Source of the DNA: Balanoglossus misakiensis
Lineage: Eukaryota; Animalia; Hemichordata
DNA: 64,000 bases
NCBI GenBank assembly: GCA_040954595.2
Contig: CM082576.2
Location: 11,101,129-11,165,128 of the forward strand
Direction: 5' to 3'
The notes under the pieces were generated by a model. It saw nothing but the letters and a program-made list of their open reading frames with translations, did no database searches and was not told the DNA's origin. Numbering within the stretch: the first letter of the stretch is position 1; each line of letters begins with the position of its first letter. Shown here one piece after another: positions 37,188 to 55,345 of the stretch. The position numbers were made by a program, and so were the translations under genes.

Positions 37188-40100
37188 ATGGCTGCAGTTG
37201 TCCATATGCGAGTGAGCAATACTTTGAGACGTGTTTTACCAACTGTATTCCTGGTATCACCAAACAAGCGCAACTTCGTCACGTGCGTCGTGTCAATGGC
37301 GTCTGCAGCAGACGGCGAACAGCAGACTACACGACCTGTTGGAGCAGCCGACAAAGATCCAAGAAACTCTTCGTCGCTTGTCTCCCCACCCTTGGCCAAA
37401 AGAAGGCAGTCATCTGTCAGGGTTCACGGAAGGGAAGTTTTAGATCATTATGCTTGGCTGCAAGACGTGAGAAACAAGGTAAACAACAAAAACTTGCCAG
37501 GCTAAACTGTAAACTGAATCAAGTTCATCCATTCAGTGGGAGATGATATATTGGCTCCATCCATCCAACCATCATGTATATATCTGCTTGTCCAAAGGAA
37601 ATTAGTATTATTTGTGATACCAGAAGAAGTGTGTTAGTCTTATTTCGTGAATATTTTTCCCGATTTTTGTTTAATTATGGGATGGGAAGGGACAGCAATT
37701 AGTGTTTCATATTAAAATCAATGAAACAAACAAAACAATGCTTATTGTGTCTGTGACAATGTTTGTACCAAGTCCTAATGTACATATGTAAATTCTGCAT
37801 TTTTCACTGAGAGCTAGCAAGCTAAATACACATCTTTTCATCACCATATCCTATCCTACAACTTAATTACAAGTCTTTTTGTTTGTTTACCTTAACAGGA
37901 AGTACTACAATATCTAGGTCAAGAAAATCGGTAAGTATTGTGATAACACAAAAAAGGTTGTTGTCATCATAAAGTACAGTGATAGCCTCTATAAAACAAG
38001 TCCTGCTTTCACTGACTCGCTTAGCTGTATATAAAAAACCTACGAAATTCTGTAAACTTTACAGTACATTAATTTTTCTGCAACAGGTACTTTCAGCATG
38101 TAATGAAAGAGACTGGACAACTTCAGCGCACGTTTGTACAGGAAATGGCATCTCTTGATAAACCCCCTGGGAAAGTGCCACAGGTATTATGATGGCTTTT
38201 TTCAGTATTTTGTATTTTGTATATCTACCGTTTCTTGTTCTTCACAGCATGTTGAAACATATACACATGTGAAAACAATTGTTCTCGTATGTGTGAGGTG
38301 CTTTGTTGATAAATGAATTTTGGTCTAGACTTTAATTCACTTGTTAACAATGAAAATAGTAATTGTTCATACATACACAGATTATGTTGCCAAGCGAATG
38401 CTCATACTGGATGTTTCAAAACCTGCCTGCTTAAAAAGTATTAGTTGCATCTCTGAGTTAGTATGGTTCCAAACAGCAGCAGTTCAAACAAAGATGTGGG
38501 TCAAAATGTACCTGGTATTTGTTATATTAGGAATACTTGTTTAGGATGGTCTGATGGGGTCTTAGAAATATTCTTAGAGAGAACACTTCTGACATGTTTT
38601 CTCTCTTTCAAAATAAAGTATGACCTATATCACTCAGGCATCTTCTTCCTCTCACAAAAAGATCATAGATGGATATGTGTACTATGATAAAATGGACACC
38701 AAATCATTGCCAATTCACTGCAGACACAAAGAAGGTATTGAGAGTTTTATCTTTTATTTTATAATTTTTTAAGGAATTTATTATTGTTTCTGTGTTTCTG
38801 AAGGGTAGGTCACATTAAGCTATACTGATCAAGCCATAGCATAATCCATATAACAATTGGGTTCATGGATATTACACCTCAGAACTAAATTCTTGAAAAT
38901 AAAATAATAAATCATTATGTCATTACTCAAATCTAGGATGCCCAGAAGATGAGGAAGTGGTCGTTGATTTGAACGTTGTAGCTGCAGCCTACGGTCAGCC
39001 GTACGTCAACATAACAACTCTGAAGATATCTCCCAATCAAGAACTGGTAGCCTTTGTCATAGAAACGCCGGATAGCGACATCTATGATGCCCAAATATGG
39101 AAGATAGGAAAACCGTCCCCGTCTGCGACGTCCCTTCATCATCACCACACCCACAGTGGCACCTGCTCTCATGGTAGCCATGGACACGAGAAGGCCGAAG
39201 ATGAACAAACGTGTGAAGAATTGAGATCGGTTGATGAAGAAGGAGACTTCTGCAAACAGTTGGAAGTCATTCATAATGTCTTCAGTGTGGGTGGGTATGG
39301 GATATTTAAGGCATTTTTTTTCAAAATCTAAAGACTTAATATTTCCATGCGCTTGTCATGTTTGAACAGTTTCAATTTGGGAATCCATTGACACCATTCT
39401 TTTATATACTGTTTAGGACATAACAACTTGACATTTGTTTAAAAAAGGTGATATACCTGATCAGTCTCAGCCTGCCCTCTAACACACTAACATGATTTTT
39501 TCAAATTGCATGATTTTTACACATATCTGCATGTGCATCCATCATATGTCAAACATGCAATGTGAAAAATGTTCATAAAATGCATCACACCGCAAACATA
39601 CAAAAAATATATGCAAACCAAGAGGGGACAGATGTTAGTATACAAACATGACAAGTTGTGGCTTTATTGATGACAGAGTGGCTAGCAGAAGACGTATTGA
39701 TGTATACATCAGCCAGTAAATATGTTGCAAATCAAGTATGGTTACACACGGTAGGGACCAGAACATCTGAAGATAAGTTGATCTACAAGGAGCAAAATGA
39801 GAGGTAAATACTCAGTATTAGTCCAATACCGCATGATAATTTCATATAATATACTTATTAATTAATTATTGACAGTTCCCATGACATGATGAATTTTTTT
39901 TTTCAATGTTGACAATATTTCCATTGTCATACTGTTTTTAAGCTGTTGTCAATGTTGTTACATCTTTCATAGATACTTTGTTGATATCAGCCTCACTAAG
40001 GATAAGAAATACATTACAATAAACAGCAGTACCAAGACTTCTTCAGAAGTTCGTCTGTTTGACTGTGATCCTCCCGACTCCCCTGTTGTGTTGGTACAGC

Positions 40101-43100
40101 CAAGAGTGGATGGAATGGAATATTTCATCGAACACAGCAATGGCACGTTCTACATCCTTACAAACAAAGACAGGGCATTAGATTACAAGGTAGGTGAAAT
40201 GCATATCTGTGTGGAGGAGTTTTCAGACAGCTCAAACAGACATGATAGTTTATCATATGAAAGCAAAATCTTAGACATGTTGGGTACAGAGGAAAATACA
40301 TTACTGTTAGTTCTTCTAAAAGCAACATTATGATGCAATCGTGTATGTTTTTTCATTACAGCTGATGAAGGTTAGCAGTGCTGGGGATCTCTCAATGGAC
40401 CACTGGCAGGACGTCTATGTACCAGAAGCCAGTACAAAGATAACTGACATGGATGTCTTTGATTCACACTGCGTCCTGTCAGTCAAGGTCAACTCTGTCC
40501 CGGCCCTGACAGTCATACCACTGCAATGCCCATCTCAGTTGACTACATTACAGGTATGCTGTCATCAGTACCATCAACCACCAATGAAACACTGAACAAC
40601 GATTTGTTGAGTACATAATAGACACTTGACAGGTGCCTTTTTAGACTTTGTTTTACAAAACGGTGCAGTTAACTTTGGAGCTTATCAGCTATGGAGCTTG
40701 TGCTTTTTGCTGCTCGACTGTAACAGGTATACAACACTGAATTTTTACCTATATGTCAGTTGTCACTTACCTTTGAAGTGGTTGCGATACAACAATGAAT
40801 AGGCAATTTGAAATTGTTACTCAATTATATATGTATGTGGTCATCCTGTCATATGTCCAACTTTCTCTCCTGTTTATTTTATCTTATGGTTAACTTCTGT
40901 GTATTTGAATTCAGTTGCCAGGTAACATCAGCAGTATCCGCCCGGAAGATAGCCCCAACTTCAACTCCACCCGCTACCAACTGAGTGTGTCCTCTCCATG
41001 CATGCCGCCCACTGACTACCAGCTGGATCTGCAAGTCTCTCAACTCACTCCTGTGCAAGGCCATGCCAGTAACCTTGACAACAGCAACTACACATGCGAA
41101 AGGCATTTTGCCACCAGCAAGGTGAGATTTGTGTATTTGATGTCAAAGGTCATTTGGGGAGCCTGAAGTCATTGCTTGCAGTTTCAAGCTTGTGAGGATT
41201 TTGATATTTGTAGAGCAAAGGCATATTTGATTTTAATTTCTCTATTAAAGAAATACAACGGAAACTCTGTTCATGATTCATAGCATTTAGCCAGAAGAGC
41301 ATTGTAGTGTGTAATTTCTGAGATCCATCTCCACTGATCTGGAGTAGGGGGGGGGGGACAAATCCTTCCCCTTTCTCCACAAGACTGCACCATCTGTTTA
41401 TTTATTTGCTCCCAGTATGTTTGTTTTATCAGGTCGGCAATTAAATGTTTATGTGTTTTGAAATTACCTGATCCACTCAAATGTGCTTGTCATCTGATCC
41501 CCAAATACCCAGAAGAGCGGATTAAACAAACCCTGGCTTGATGGTGGCTGCCTAGTTACATGTACATGTTGGTGCAGAAGGCAATCATGTCCTTTGAACA
41601 AACCAATAAATCCAATTTCATTCCCAAACAAACACAAAACACTGAAAACATAAAACTTGCAGTCTATCCATGACTCACAGTTGTCTGCGGTTTTTTGAGT
41701 GTGTCATCCTAACCACAACCGGTTAATTTCATGTGTTTTCGGCTCTCTTTATATAGTGATGTTTACTGTCTCCCTGTAGCAAATAAAATGTTAAAGGTTT
41801 GTTTGGACCTTGAGAATCGGTTTTATGGTTTTCTCTCCCTCTCTCTGTAGGATGGCACTCGGGTTCCCATGACCTTGTTTCACAGAGCTGACCTGAAGTT
41901 GGACGGCTCTAATCCCCTGCTTGTCTACGGCTATGGCGCGTATGGAGATGAACTTGAAGTTGGGTTTAAACCAGAGAGACTGATGTTGCTCAACAGAGGC
42001 TGGGTGCTGGCATTTGCGCATGTCAGGTTAGATTCTGAATAGATTGGTCATGTGTGTATGTATCTGTCTGTCAGACTTTTTTGTCCAAAGACCATTCATT
42101 TTCGCGGCATTTCATCCTTGCACATCTTATTTTCCTTTACACCAGTCCTTGCATGCAAACAAACCAACAAATACAATGGAAAATAGCAAGATACCATGAT
42201 ATAATGGGTTCAAATTTCTGTTGCTACAATGGAATATTCATGTAATATTAATGAAACGTCTATGGTGCTTACAGTAAGATTGGTAGCTTAGCAGATATTC
42301 TAGCCTAAGACTAGTGAGACATAACAAGCTGAAAAAAATGACTTCTCTAATCTATAATTTGTAGAGGTGGAAGTGAGCTTGGTAGGCATTGGTATTACAA
42401 AGCAAGACAAAGCAACAAACACCGCAGTTTTGAGGTAAGATTTATTCGGCATTGCCACAATTTTCCTGTTCTTGAATGGACATGTTTTTCATGAAAACTG
42501 ATTGTGTTTCTTAAATTATAGGATTTTGAAGCTTGTCTGGAACACCTGCATGAACTTGGCTACTCACAGAGCAAAATGACTGCTGCCTGCGGTGCAAGTG
42601 CTGGAGGTCTGCTGGTAGCCGGTGTGTGTAACCGATCTCCACATCTGTTGAAGACTGCCATACTTAAGGTGGGTTTCCTCTTGGGTTTGTGAAAGTCAAA
42701 CAGCCAAGACAAAACCAGGTTTTAACAGTCACAAATACATGTATACAGTTTGAATGAATAGTTTGAACAGAAGCCCTTGTTTCACAGTTATCTCCACAGG
42801 ATTTAAGGAGGTGTGAACGACTTGATACCTTCATTAAGATAAGTTGTCACCTTCAAAAGTTGACTGAGTTGGCTTTGGGGCACACACCCACCTAACAGCT
42901 GATTGTATCCAACATTCAGGTTCCTTTTGTGGATGTGTTGAACACCATGTTACAGCCCTCACTGCCATTGACCTTACAAGACTACGAAGAATGGGGTAAT
43001 CCTGAGGAGGACGAGGGTATATTCACCGCTATTCAAAGTTACTGTCCCTATCAAAATATCAACAATCAGGTAAATTCATTGCACTTGCTATTTGAAATAC

Positions 43101-44386
43101 ATGTACATCAACTTGTATTTTAGAATTTGTTAAATGTTCAGCTTCTCTTTTTCTGTGCCACTTCATTGAATATGCCAGGAATCTGCCAACATACTTTTTC
43201 TGTGATTTTGGCGGAAGTAACATACAAGTACTTGGTTAATATGACACCAGATCTTCATGTATCGATTCTGAATCTACAAGCGTGATTGTTCCTACCTTGT
43301 TGATTCAAGTCACTGGACATTGTCTTTTTTTCAAGTCGTGAGCAACAAACAGCATTGTGCACCGTGCACCAGAGAGGCCTGGCTGCGGTCACGTCACACA
43401 ATCAGTACATGCTACACCCGGGGCTTTTGTTGGCTGTTTGTCATCAGCCGAGGGCCATTCACTCAGGTACTGGGGACACGGCGATTGATGTTGCCATGTC
43501 GGATATCGTTGCAGGATGTTTTCCCCTATGCCCACTTTAGTACCAACCCATGCGTGTCGGGGACAGGAGACCCATTGATTCACATTTGGTTAATATATTG
43601 TGTTCACTTTTTTTGGTGGGGGTTTGTTTTTTCGTACCCTAGATCTATCCGTCTACGCTTGTCACCGCCAGTATGAATGACATCCGAGTGCCTTTCTGGA
43701 CACCGCTGAAGTACGTAGCAAAGAGGCGGCATTTCGCCGCCGAGACCGAAGGGGACCAAGGCCAATTAGTTCTGCAGTTTGACGGCACTGGCGGTCATTT
43801 TGATGACGATTCGTATGAACAGGTACGTCTCCACACCTGGCCAGTGTTTATTCATTTTTTTGTGAAAACAAGTTCAAATGATGTGCAACGAATGAATTGA
43901 ACGTACCAGAATGATTGGTGGCTTGCCAGGTGTCCTCTGTGCTCAGTTATTTTTATGCACAAACCTTCATGTCTTGCACTGCCACTCTCTATCATAATTA
44001 TTCTTATAAGATTCACTCAGGGATATTTTGGGAACATGTGTGTATATAGAATGCCATACATTGCATTGCCCCGAGCTCAGTTCTAGTCCAGTACCCATGC
44101 TTGCTCCAGGCAAACTGTCAACAACTCCAGAGGCAAGCATACACATCAAATAATCAAGTGCTGTCTATCCAGCATGTATCTCCAACGCCAAGAGTTGACT
44201 TTTTCACTCTAAAAACACAGTAGGCTACCTCAGAGAACAAAGAGTTGCTGATCACCTCTGGCACATTATCATTGTGTACATGTATGGTTTACATTGAATT
44301 TGATTAGTTTCATTTTTTTCTTTCTTTCGCAGACTGCATTGGAGTGTGTGTTCCTGCACAAAACATTGGGAATACCTTTGCATTAG
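37188..44386 (+). CDS. PREPL: Prolyl endopeptidase-like / oligopeptidase B-like S9A serine hydrolase, ~788 aa, 15 exons
   Basis: Exons 37188-37478, 37899-37930, 38087-38183, 38662-38734, 38937-39290, 39677-39803, 39973-40189, 40362-40553, 40915-41121, 41851-42026, 42365-42434, 42522-42668, 42920-43069, 43643-43822, 44333-44386 are in frame. Motifs: VHG..LDHYAWL, SKDGTRVP, PLLVYGYGAYG, AHVRGGSELG..W, GASAGG (Ser), VPFVDV..M..LPLT..YEEWGNP, NDIRVP (Asp), GGHF (His). The N-terminus resembles a mitochondrial presequence. Confidence 0.9.
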
Positions 44387-44642
44387 GTGCATATGATTTT
44401 TAGATGTTCAATCATGAAGTTAAAATTTTATCTCTTGTGGGTGGCCTTTCTTATATTTCGGGGACTGGAATATCAAGAGACCAACAAAATAAAATACAAT
44501 ATTTATAGTAAAACAGCTTGACTTTATTTGTTACAATAACCCCAGTTTAAGTCACAATAAATTTAGGAAGTTAAAAATTTTAAAAAGTCTGAAAAGTGTA
44601 TAAAGAAAACAAAATCCAATGGCAGAGGGATGATATCCATAT

Positions 44643-49882
<5,240 letters not shown>

Positions 49883-50236
49883 AGCGTTTTTCTTCCTCTT
49901 CTGCGTTAGAAACAAAACAAGCTGACAGACCGATTTTCATTCACTGCTTCGTAAAGTGCGCCCTCTTACAGGGGTCACCGTATATGCATGTCAAGTATTT
50001 TTGCAAGATCATGGCTAAATATGAGAATATATTTGGTCTAACAAGAGCTGACATTGTACTACGAGTTTTTGTGTTTTCATAAAACATATATTTTCACCAT
50101 TTATAGGCACTACTGGCCCATTTGAAGCTGATTGCAATCGGCCGGAACCACAAGTGAATTGTGGGTAGGTCACCTGAAAGTTGCACATGTGTAGCCGGGG
50201 GTTGATCGTAGGTTGATCTCCGAATCAGAAAAAAAC
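49883..50236. promoter_or_regulatory. Bidirectional promoter POLR2G/MRPL4
   Basis: The divergent ATGs are only 354 bp apart. A ZNF143/Staf-like motif (minus strand TACCCACAATTCACTTG) lies at 50151-50167. Confidence 0.75.
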
Positions 50237-53200
50237 ATGTTCCTTTCCAAATCATTTAGAAGTTTGAGTGCAAAGACGACATGCCTGACCAGATTTACGG
50301 CATGTTGCCAACAATTTCAAAAGACGGTAAGCAAACCTCCTACTAAAACGCACCAGTCTAATTCTAGACATGGGTGCACTGATTGATTTCAATACAATCA
50401 TGATGGTGATGGTGATGATGATGATGGTGATGATGGTGGTGGTGGTGCTGATGATGATGATGATGATGATGATTGCAGCTGCGGCGGCGGAGGATGAATC
50501 GGTGGTGATGGCATTCAGAGTATTCACATTTTAATGGTATTAGTTATGAAAATTTTATTTGCATTGTGATAGCTCACTGGTATGCTGGTGATTTTTTGGT
50601 TGTATCATTAAGGGACTTGCTTGAATTGTTTGTTAGAAACGTAAATATGCTTATTTTTTGTATACTTTCAGGGACTTTCAACAACAGCATATAATCTCAA
50701 CAAAGAGGAGACACCAGATGTAGGAACAATAAACACAGTTGATACAATACAAAGAGGTTTGTCACAATTCTGAAGTTAGTCTCTGATTTGTTTTCAGGTT
50801 CAGTTTCGTGTTGGAAAATAGTTATGCAGTATACAGCTAATTTTGTATTATTTTTCATGTAGTTTAAAAAGCTCTATTTAACATGACAATATTTTCATTT
50901 CTAGCATTTATTTTACAGTATGTCAGCATATAAGCATCGACATGGCATTTTTCTCACAAGAAGAATTTAGTTTTCTCAAGAGGGTAATATTTTCACCTGT
51001 AGAATATTGAACTGAAATGAATTACAGCACTTGGATGTTGGCATAATCAGCTTTCAGTGTGTCATGTTGAATTGTTCTCTTACAGACTTTGTCTCAGCAC
51101 AGAGGCGACATCATCTGCCACTGATAACCTCGCGACCCCTGAAACGGTTGCCTTTTCACATGGAAGCTAAACAGGCATGGTTGGAATCTCTGAGTAACAT
51201 CGAGGATGTCAAACTTGGTCTGCTGGATCTCCACCCCGATGTGTTTGCTACGTATCCAAGGTAACACTTGCACACACACCTGAAGTGCTCTACAAATTGA
51301 CACTCAAGCAATGTTTTGAAGTATTCAATTCAAAGTGAGACTATATATGAAAGATTATATTCATCTGTGCCATTGACAATCCCAAGTGACGTCTGTTATC
51401 ACAGGTCACACTCATTCTATGACAGTGTTTGTAAAAAATGAATTTATATGTTTGAAGAGTTGACAAAATAAAGCCACTCAATTGTTTCTAGAATTGATAT
51501 CCTTCACCAGTGTGTGCTGTGGCAGAAGATGTACAAAAAAGTTGTAAGTATTTATTATTTTCCTCTGTGTATATGGTGCAGACTATCCTGCATGTAATAA
51601 TATGTAATGTTTAACAGTTCAACCGTAAACACATCATACTTGTCACTCAGTTTCTGTCTGTGGTGGACTAGCTGGAGGAGAGTTTGACGTTTGACATATT
51701 TGGAATGTGCAATCAAACTGCAAAAATCTTTCATGTGGTATATGTACTTTTTATTAAACAACCTGTGGGTGTTGTACCCCAGTTGGTCTCATTTTATCAT
51801 GGGATACATTTCACAGTTAAAAGGGAAATGACACATTATCTGATCACATTTGTTATTACCGTGGTAACAGAACTTAGAGCACGTGAAATCAAGAGCCGAG
51901 AAGAGAGGAGGAGGCAGGAAACCATGGCCACAGAAAGGCACAGGGAGGGCAAGACACGGCAGTATCAGGTCACCGCTGTGGAAAGGAGGTATAGTTTGTG
52001 TCTTGTTCTGGTGCTGGCAAAAATGCGATTGAAATGTGCATGGTCTGTTCACATTTGAAGTGATAACAAATAGCCAGAATGGATTTGTAAGCAATTTATA
52101 GCAAGAACACTGGAAGGTTTAGCCCTCCACTTTCTGGATGGAGTGTCAGTTTCAAGAAATACAGTTTATCCAAGTTGTCAAAGACATACAATTTGGAGTT
52201 GGGGGATACTGCAGTACTGGCAATGTGTGGTAGAATGTATTTTCTAAAGAATTATGACTGGTGAAAAATGTATTTTATTGTGCAGGGGGTTCAGCAAAGG
52301 GACCCAGGGGACCGAAGACTTACTGGTACGTTCTACCAATCAGAATCCGTGAGAGAGGTCTCAGGGTGGCACTGACAGTCAAGTACTCGCAGGATAGTTT
52401 ACATGTCGTGGATTCATTAGACGTACCTACCCCAGAACCAGAGGTGAGACTCTGATGATTTATCACCTTTTAGACTTCAATGTTGAACGTAGATGTGTCT
52501 GGCTGTTTCACACTGTCCTGTTGACCTTTGCTTCCATTTGAGAAAATACTTGACTGCATGTATCACATAGCGATTTTGAATGCAAATGGAGCCTGAGATT
52601 AAATGCCAAATATTTTCAGTAATATAAAGCTTGCTGAAATTTTCAGGCAAAATATTGTTTTCATACAAAAATGTCATGCTTCCACTTCTAGTTATGATTG
52701 TGAATTTGTCATAAAGATTCATTTCTATAGGAAAAGGTGGAGTAGTATGAAGGCATTAGCTTGTGTTTTTTCCAATGTTAGCTTTATTGCTCATTTATGT
52801 AAAATGATGCAAGTAATGATAATGGATGCAGATAAAATGAGCAAGAATAGTGTGTCAACCAAGCAAGAACTATTGCTTTGTTAATTTAGCTCTTGTCAAC
52901 GTAATGTGAGCCAAGTCAAGTGCTTGTCTTTGGGTTTTACATATCTAATATCTGGCTTCTGTATCACAGTATCTTGAAGATTTGGCAGTGGAAAGATATT
53001 GGGGACAAACTGTGCTATTTGTAGATCAGTAAGTATGAATGTTAAAAAGTAGATGATTTTGATCAGTAATCTTCGACCACAATTCGTGATACTGCTGATA
53101 ACCTGGAAGGGAAGTTTCCCGTATCAAGTGCAATTCTCATCTCAAAGTGAGTGGTAAATCGAGCAAAAATTGTATGTGTTTGGAAGATGTGCGGTAACTT

Positions 53201-53767
53201 TTCTCAAGCAAAAGGCCTGATCAGTAATTGCATTATCATGCAATATTGGATATAAAGACAGGTATTATGCAATGTCTGTCTGAGAGATGATAAATACATC
53301 AAAGTGTTTATTCTGAACTATTCTGAAACTCAGAAAAGGGGAAACATGCTTGCATTTTGATTTCTTTTTGGTTTCTTCCCAACAGCAAACCAATGGAAGA
53401 CATGTCTCCAAATATAATAGAAGCCACCAACAGAATCAAGACGTACAATGTCATGTCTACGGAAGGTAAATCATTGAAATGTGCTCCTAAGGAGTTTTCA
53501 AGAAAGAATGACTTGACCTCAGATGGTATTTTTTGTCGCATGACCCAGTCTAGTAATGCCATGAGTTTTCGGTGCCCCTTCACACAGATGTCTGCTTTTT
53601 CACTTGCAGGACTGAATGTCTACTCTATACTCAAACACCACACCCTGGTGCTCACACTGGACGCGTTGAATTTCCTCGAAGGAAGGCTGCTGTTCCACAT
53701 GAACAGACACACTGGCAACCTCAAGTACGACACTATAATGGCGCAACAGTTGGACAGGTGGGGCTGA
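50237..53767 (+). CDS. MRPL4: Mitochondrial ribosomal protein uL4m (L4), ~324 aa, 9 exons
   Basis: Exons 50237-50326, 50672-50756, 51086-51260, 51492-51543, 51871-51988, 52286-52443, 52970-53028, 53386-53465, 53610-53767 are in frame. Motifs: [56 protein letters not shown] and [16 protein letters not shown]. Confidence 0.95.
50399..50473 (+). repeat. (GAT/GGT)n trinucleotide microsatellite, MRPL4 intron 1
   Basis: atgatggtgatggtgatgatg... run. Confidence 0.9.
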
Positions 53768-55345
53768 TCCCACACAAAAGGACAGAAATATCGCAGTCGT
53801 TTCTCTCATCATAAGTTGTAAACTCTGAAGTTGTTGCCCTAAAATGAACAGCAAAATGTTCATTGTCACATCAAGGCATTTTGGGACTCAACTGTGGTTC
53901 AAGTTTCCCCTTTACTCAATATAAATGGTTTTCTCTCCGTATCCCTGTTCTAAACAGTCTGTGAAAGGATGTGCTGGCTGTTGAGGACAGTTGCAGCTAA
54001 GGAATCCTGAAGGAATGGAGAACTGCCAAATGATTGAAATATTTGATTGACATGTTTAATGCCTCGTTAAGTTGACACACATACTTTGAGACGACATCCA
54101 TCTCAATGACTTGAGATGAACAGTGACAATACAATTTTTCGAGGGACCGAGATTTATTGCTTGTTTAGATTTATCACTGAATGCCTTTGTTGAGCTGCGT
54201 CTCTCGTTACCCTGGCAGACACAATTTAAAACCGCATCAATTCCAACGCGTCAGTGTATTAAGCGCACATGTCCTTTTTGCAGGAATCAAGATTTATGGC
54301 AATTTATTGTCAGATATGCGGGGAGCGCTGATCGCAACCATGTGCCGCTCGCTGTCTGTGAAAACTTTTATCAAGGTTTTCGTTATAAACAACAATATTT
54401 ATTAGTTCTGAGATTGCCTTGACCTCAGGGGGTCATTTGAGTTGAACCAGAGTGGGTGTGTCAGAGCCAGGCTTTGTATCTACAGCTAGCCAGACACTTT
54501 TTGACTGCAAGGGTCTCTCTACCTGTGGTGAAACAAGTGTTTGTGACTGGTGGCTGTCTGTAGCCATAGTTTTTTTCATATAAATCTATTTTATAAGTGT
54601 GTAAATAAAAGTCTGGTAAACACTAATACAAAGTGTGTCATTTTTGAGCATTTTATTCCTCCGAATAATATGCAATAAAATGTTGATGTGTTGCACTGGC
54701 TCTTATTTGATAAAAGTCTTTTGTTTTATAAAAAAATACCATATTGCACACTCTGTAATTGTGTAACTGTATAATAGAAATGATCACTTTAAAAAATGTA
54801 ACCATCCATTGCACATCTGCACCTCTATTAGCTTGAATGTCCATTATGTACTTTTATTAATGTCAGATTTGTACATTGGGGGACACAAATTGAAGCCCCC
54901 AAATGCTGTCTGTATCAGCCTCTCACTAGATATAAATACACTACATCCTGCAGATGTACAAATGTAAGCCTCCATAAATGCAGCATGTTATTTTCTGAAT
55001 ATCAAATATGATCAGTGATTTGTGATAAACATTGATGTACCACATACCAATGCATCTGTATCATCTATTAAAACACTGGGATTTCAATAAGACTTCAGGA
55101 AATGTTAAAACACCAAATTCTTGGTACCGGTAATTAAAATACATGTACATTAAAATATGACCACAGTGTCATAATGAAATATTCATACAACATTTATGAC
55201 AATAGTACTGATTAAGAGCCCTTTACAGTGCCAACTAGGCACAATACCGTTAACCGTTTAAAAATCTAATTTTGATAAAACCAATCCAAGAAGATCCCAT
55301 TGATGGTGCATTGGCATCGAGATTGTAAGCAACACCCGTCCACTT

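Noticed and set aside
50252-50527. Poly-Ile/Thr ORF on the minus strand
   Set aside because: It is a translation of the (GAT)n microsatellite.
53060-53228. 11-bp direct repeat TGATCAGTAAT flanking ~147 bp in an MRPL4 intron, read as a TSD
   Set aside because: There is no TIR, poly(A) tail or second copy, so it may be chance.
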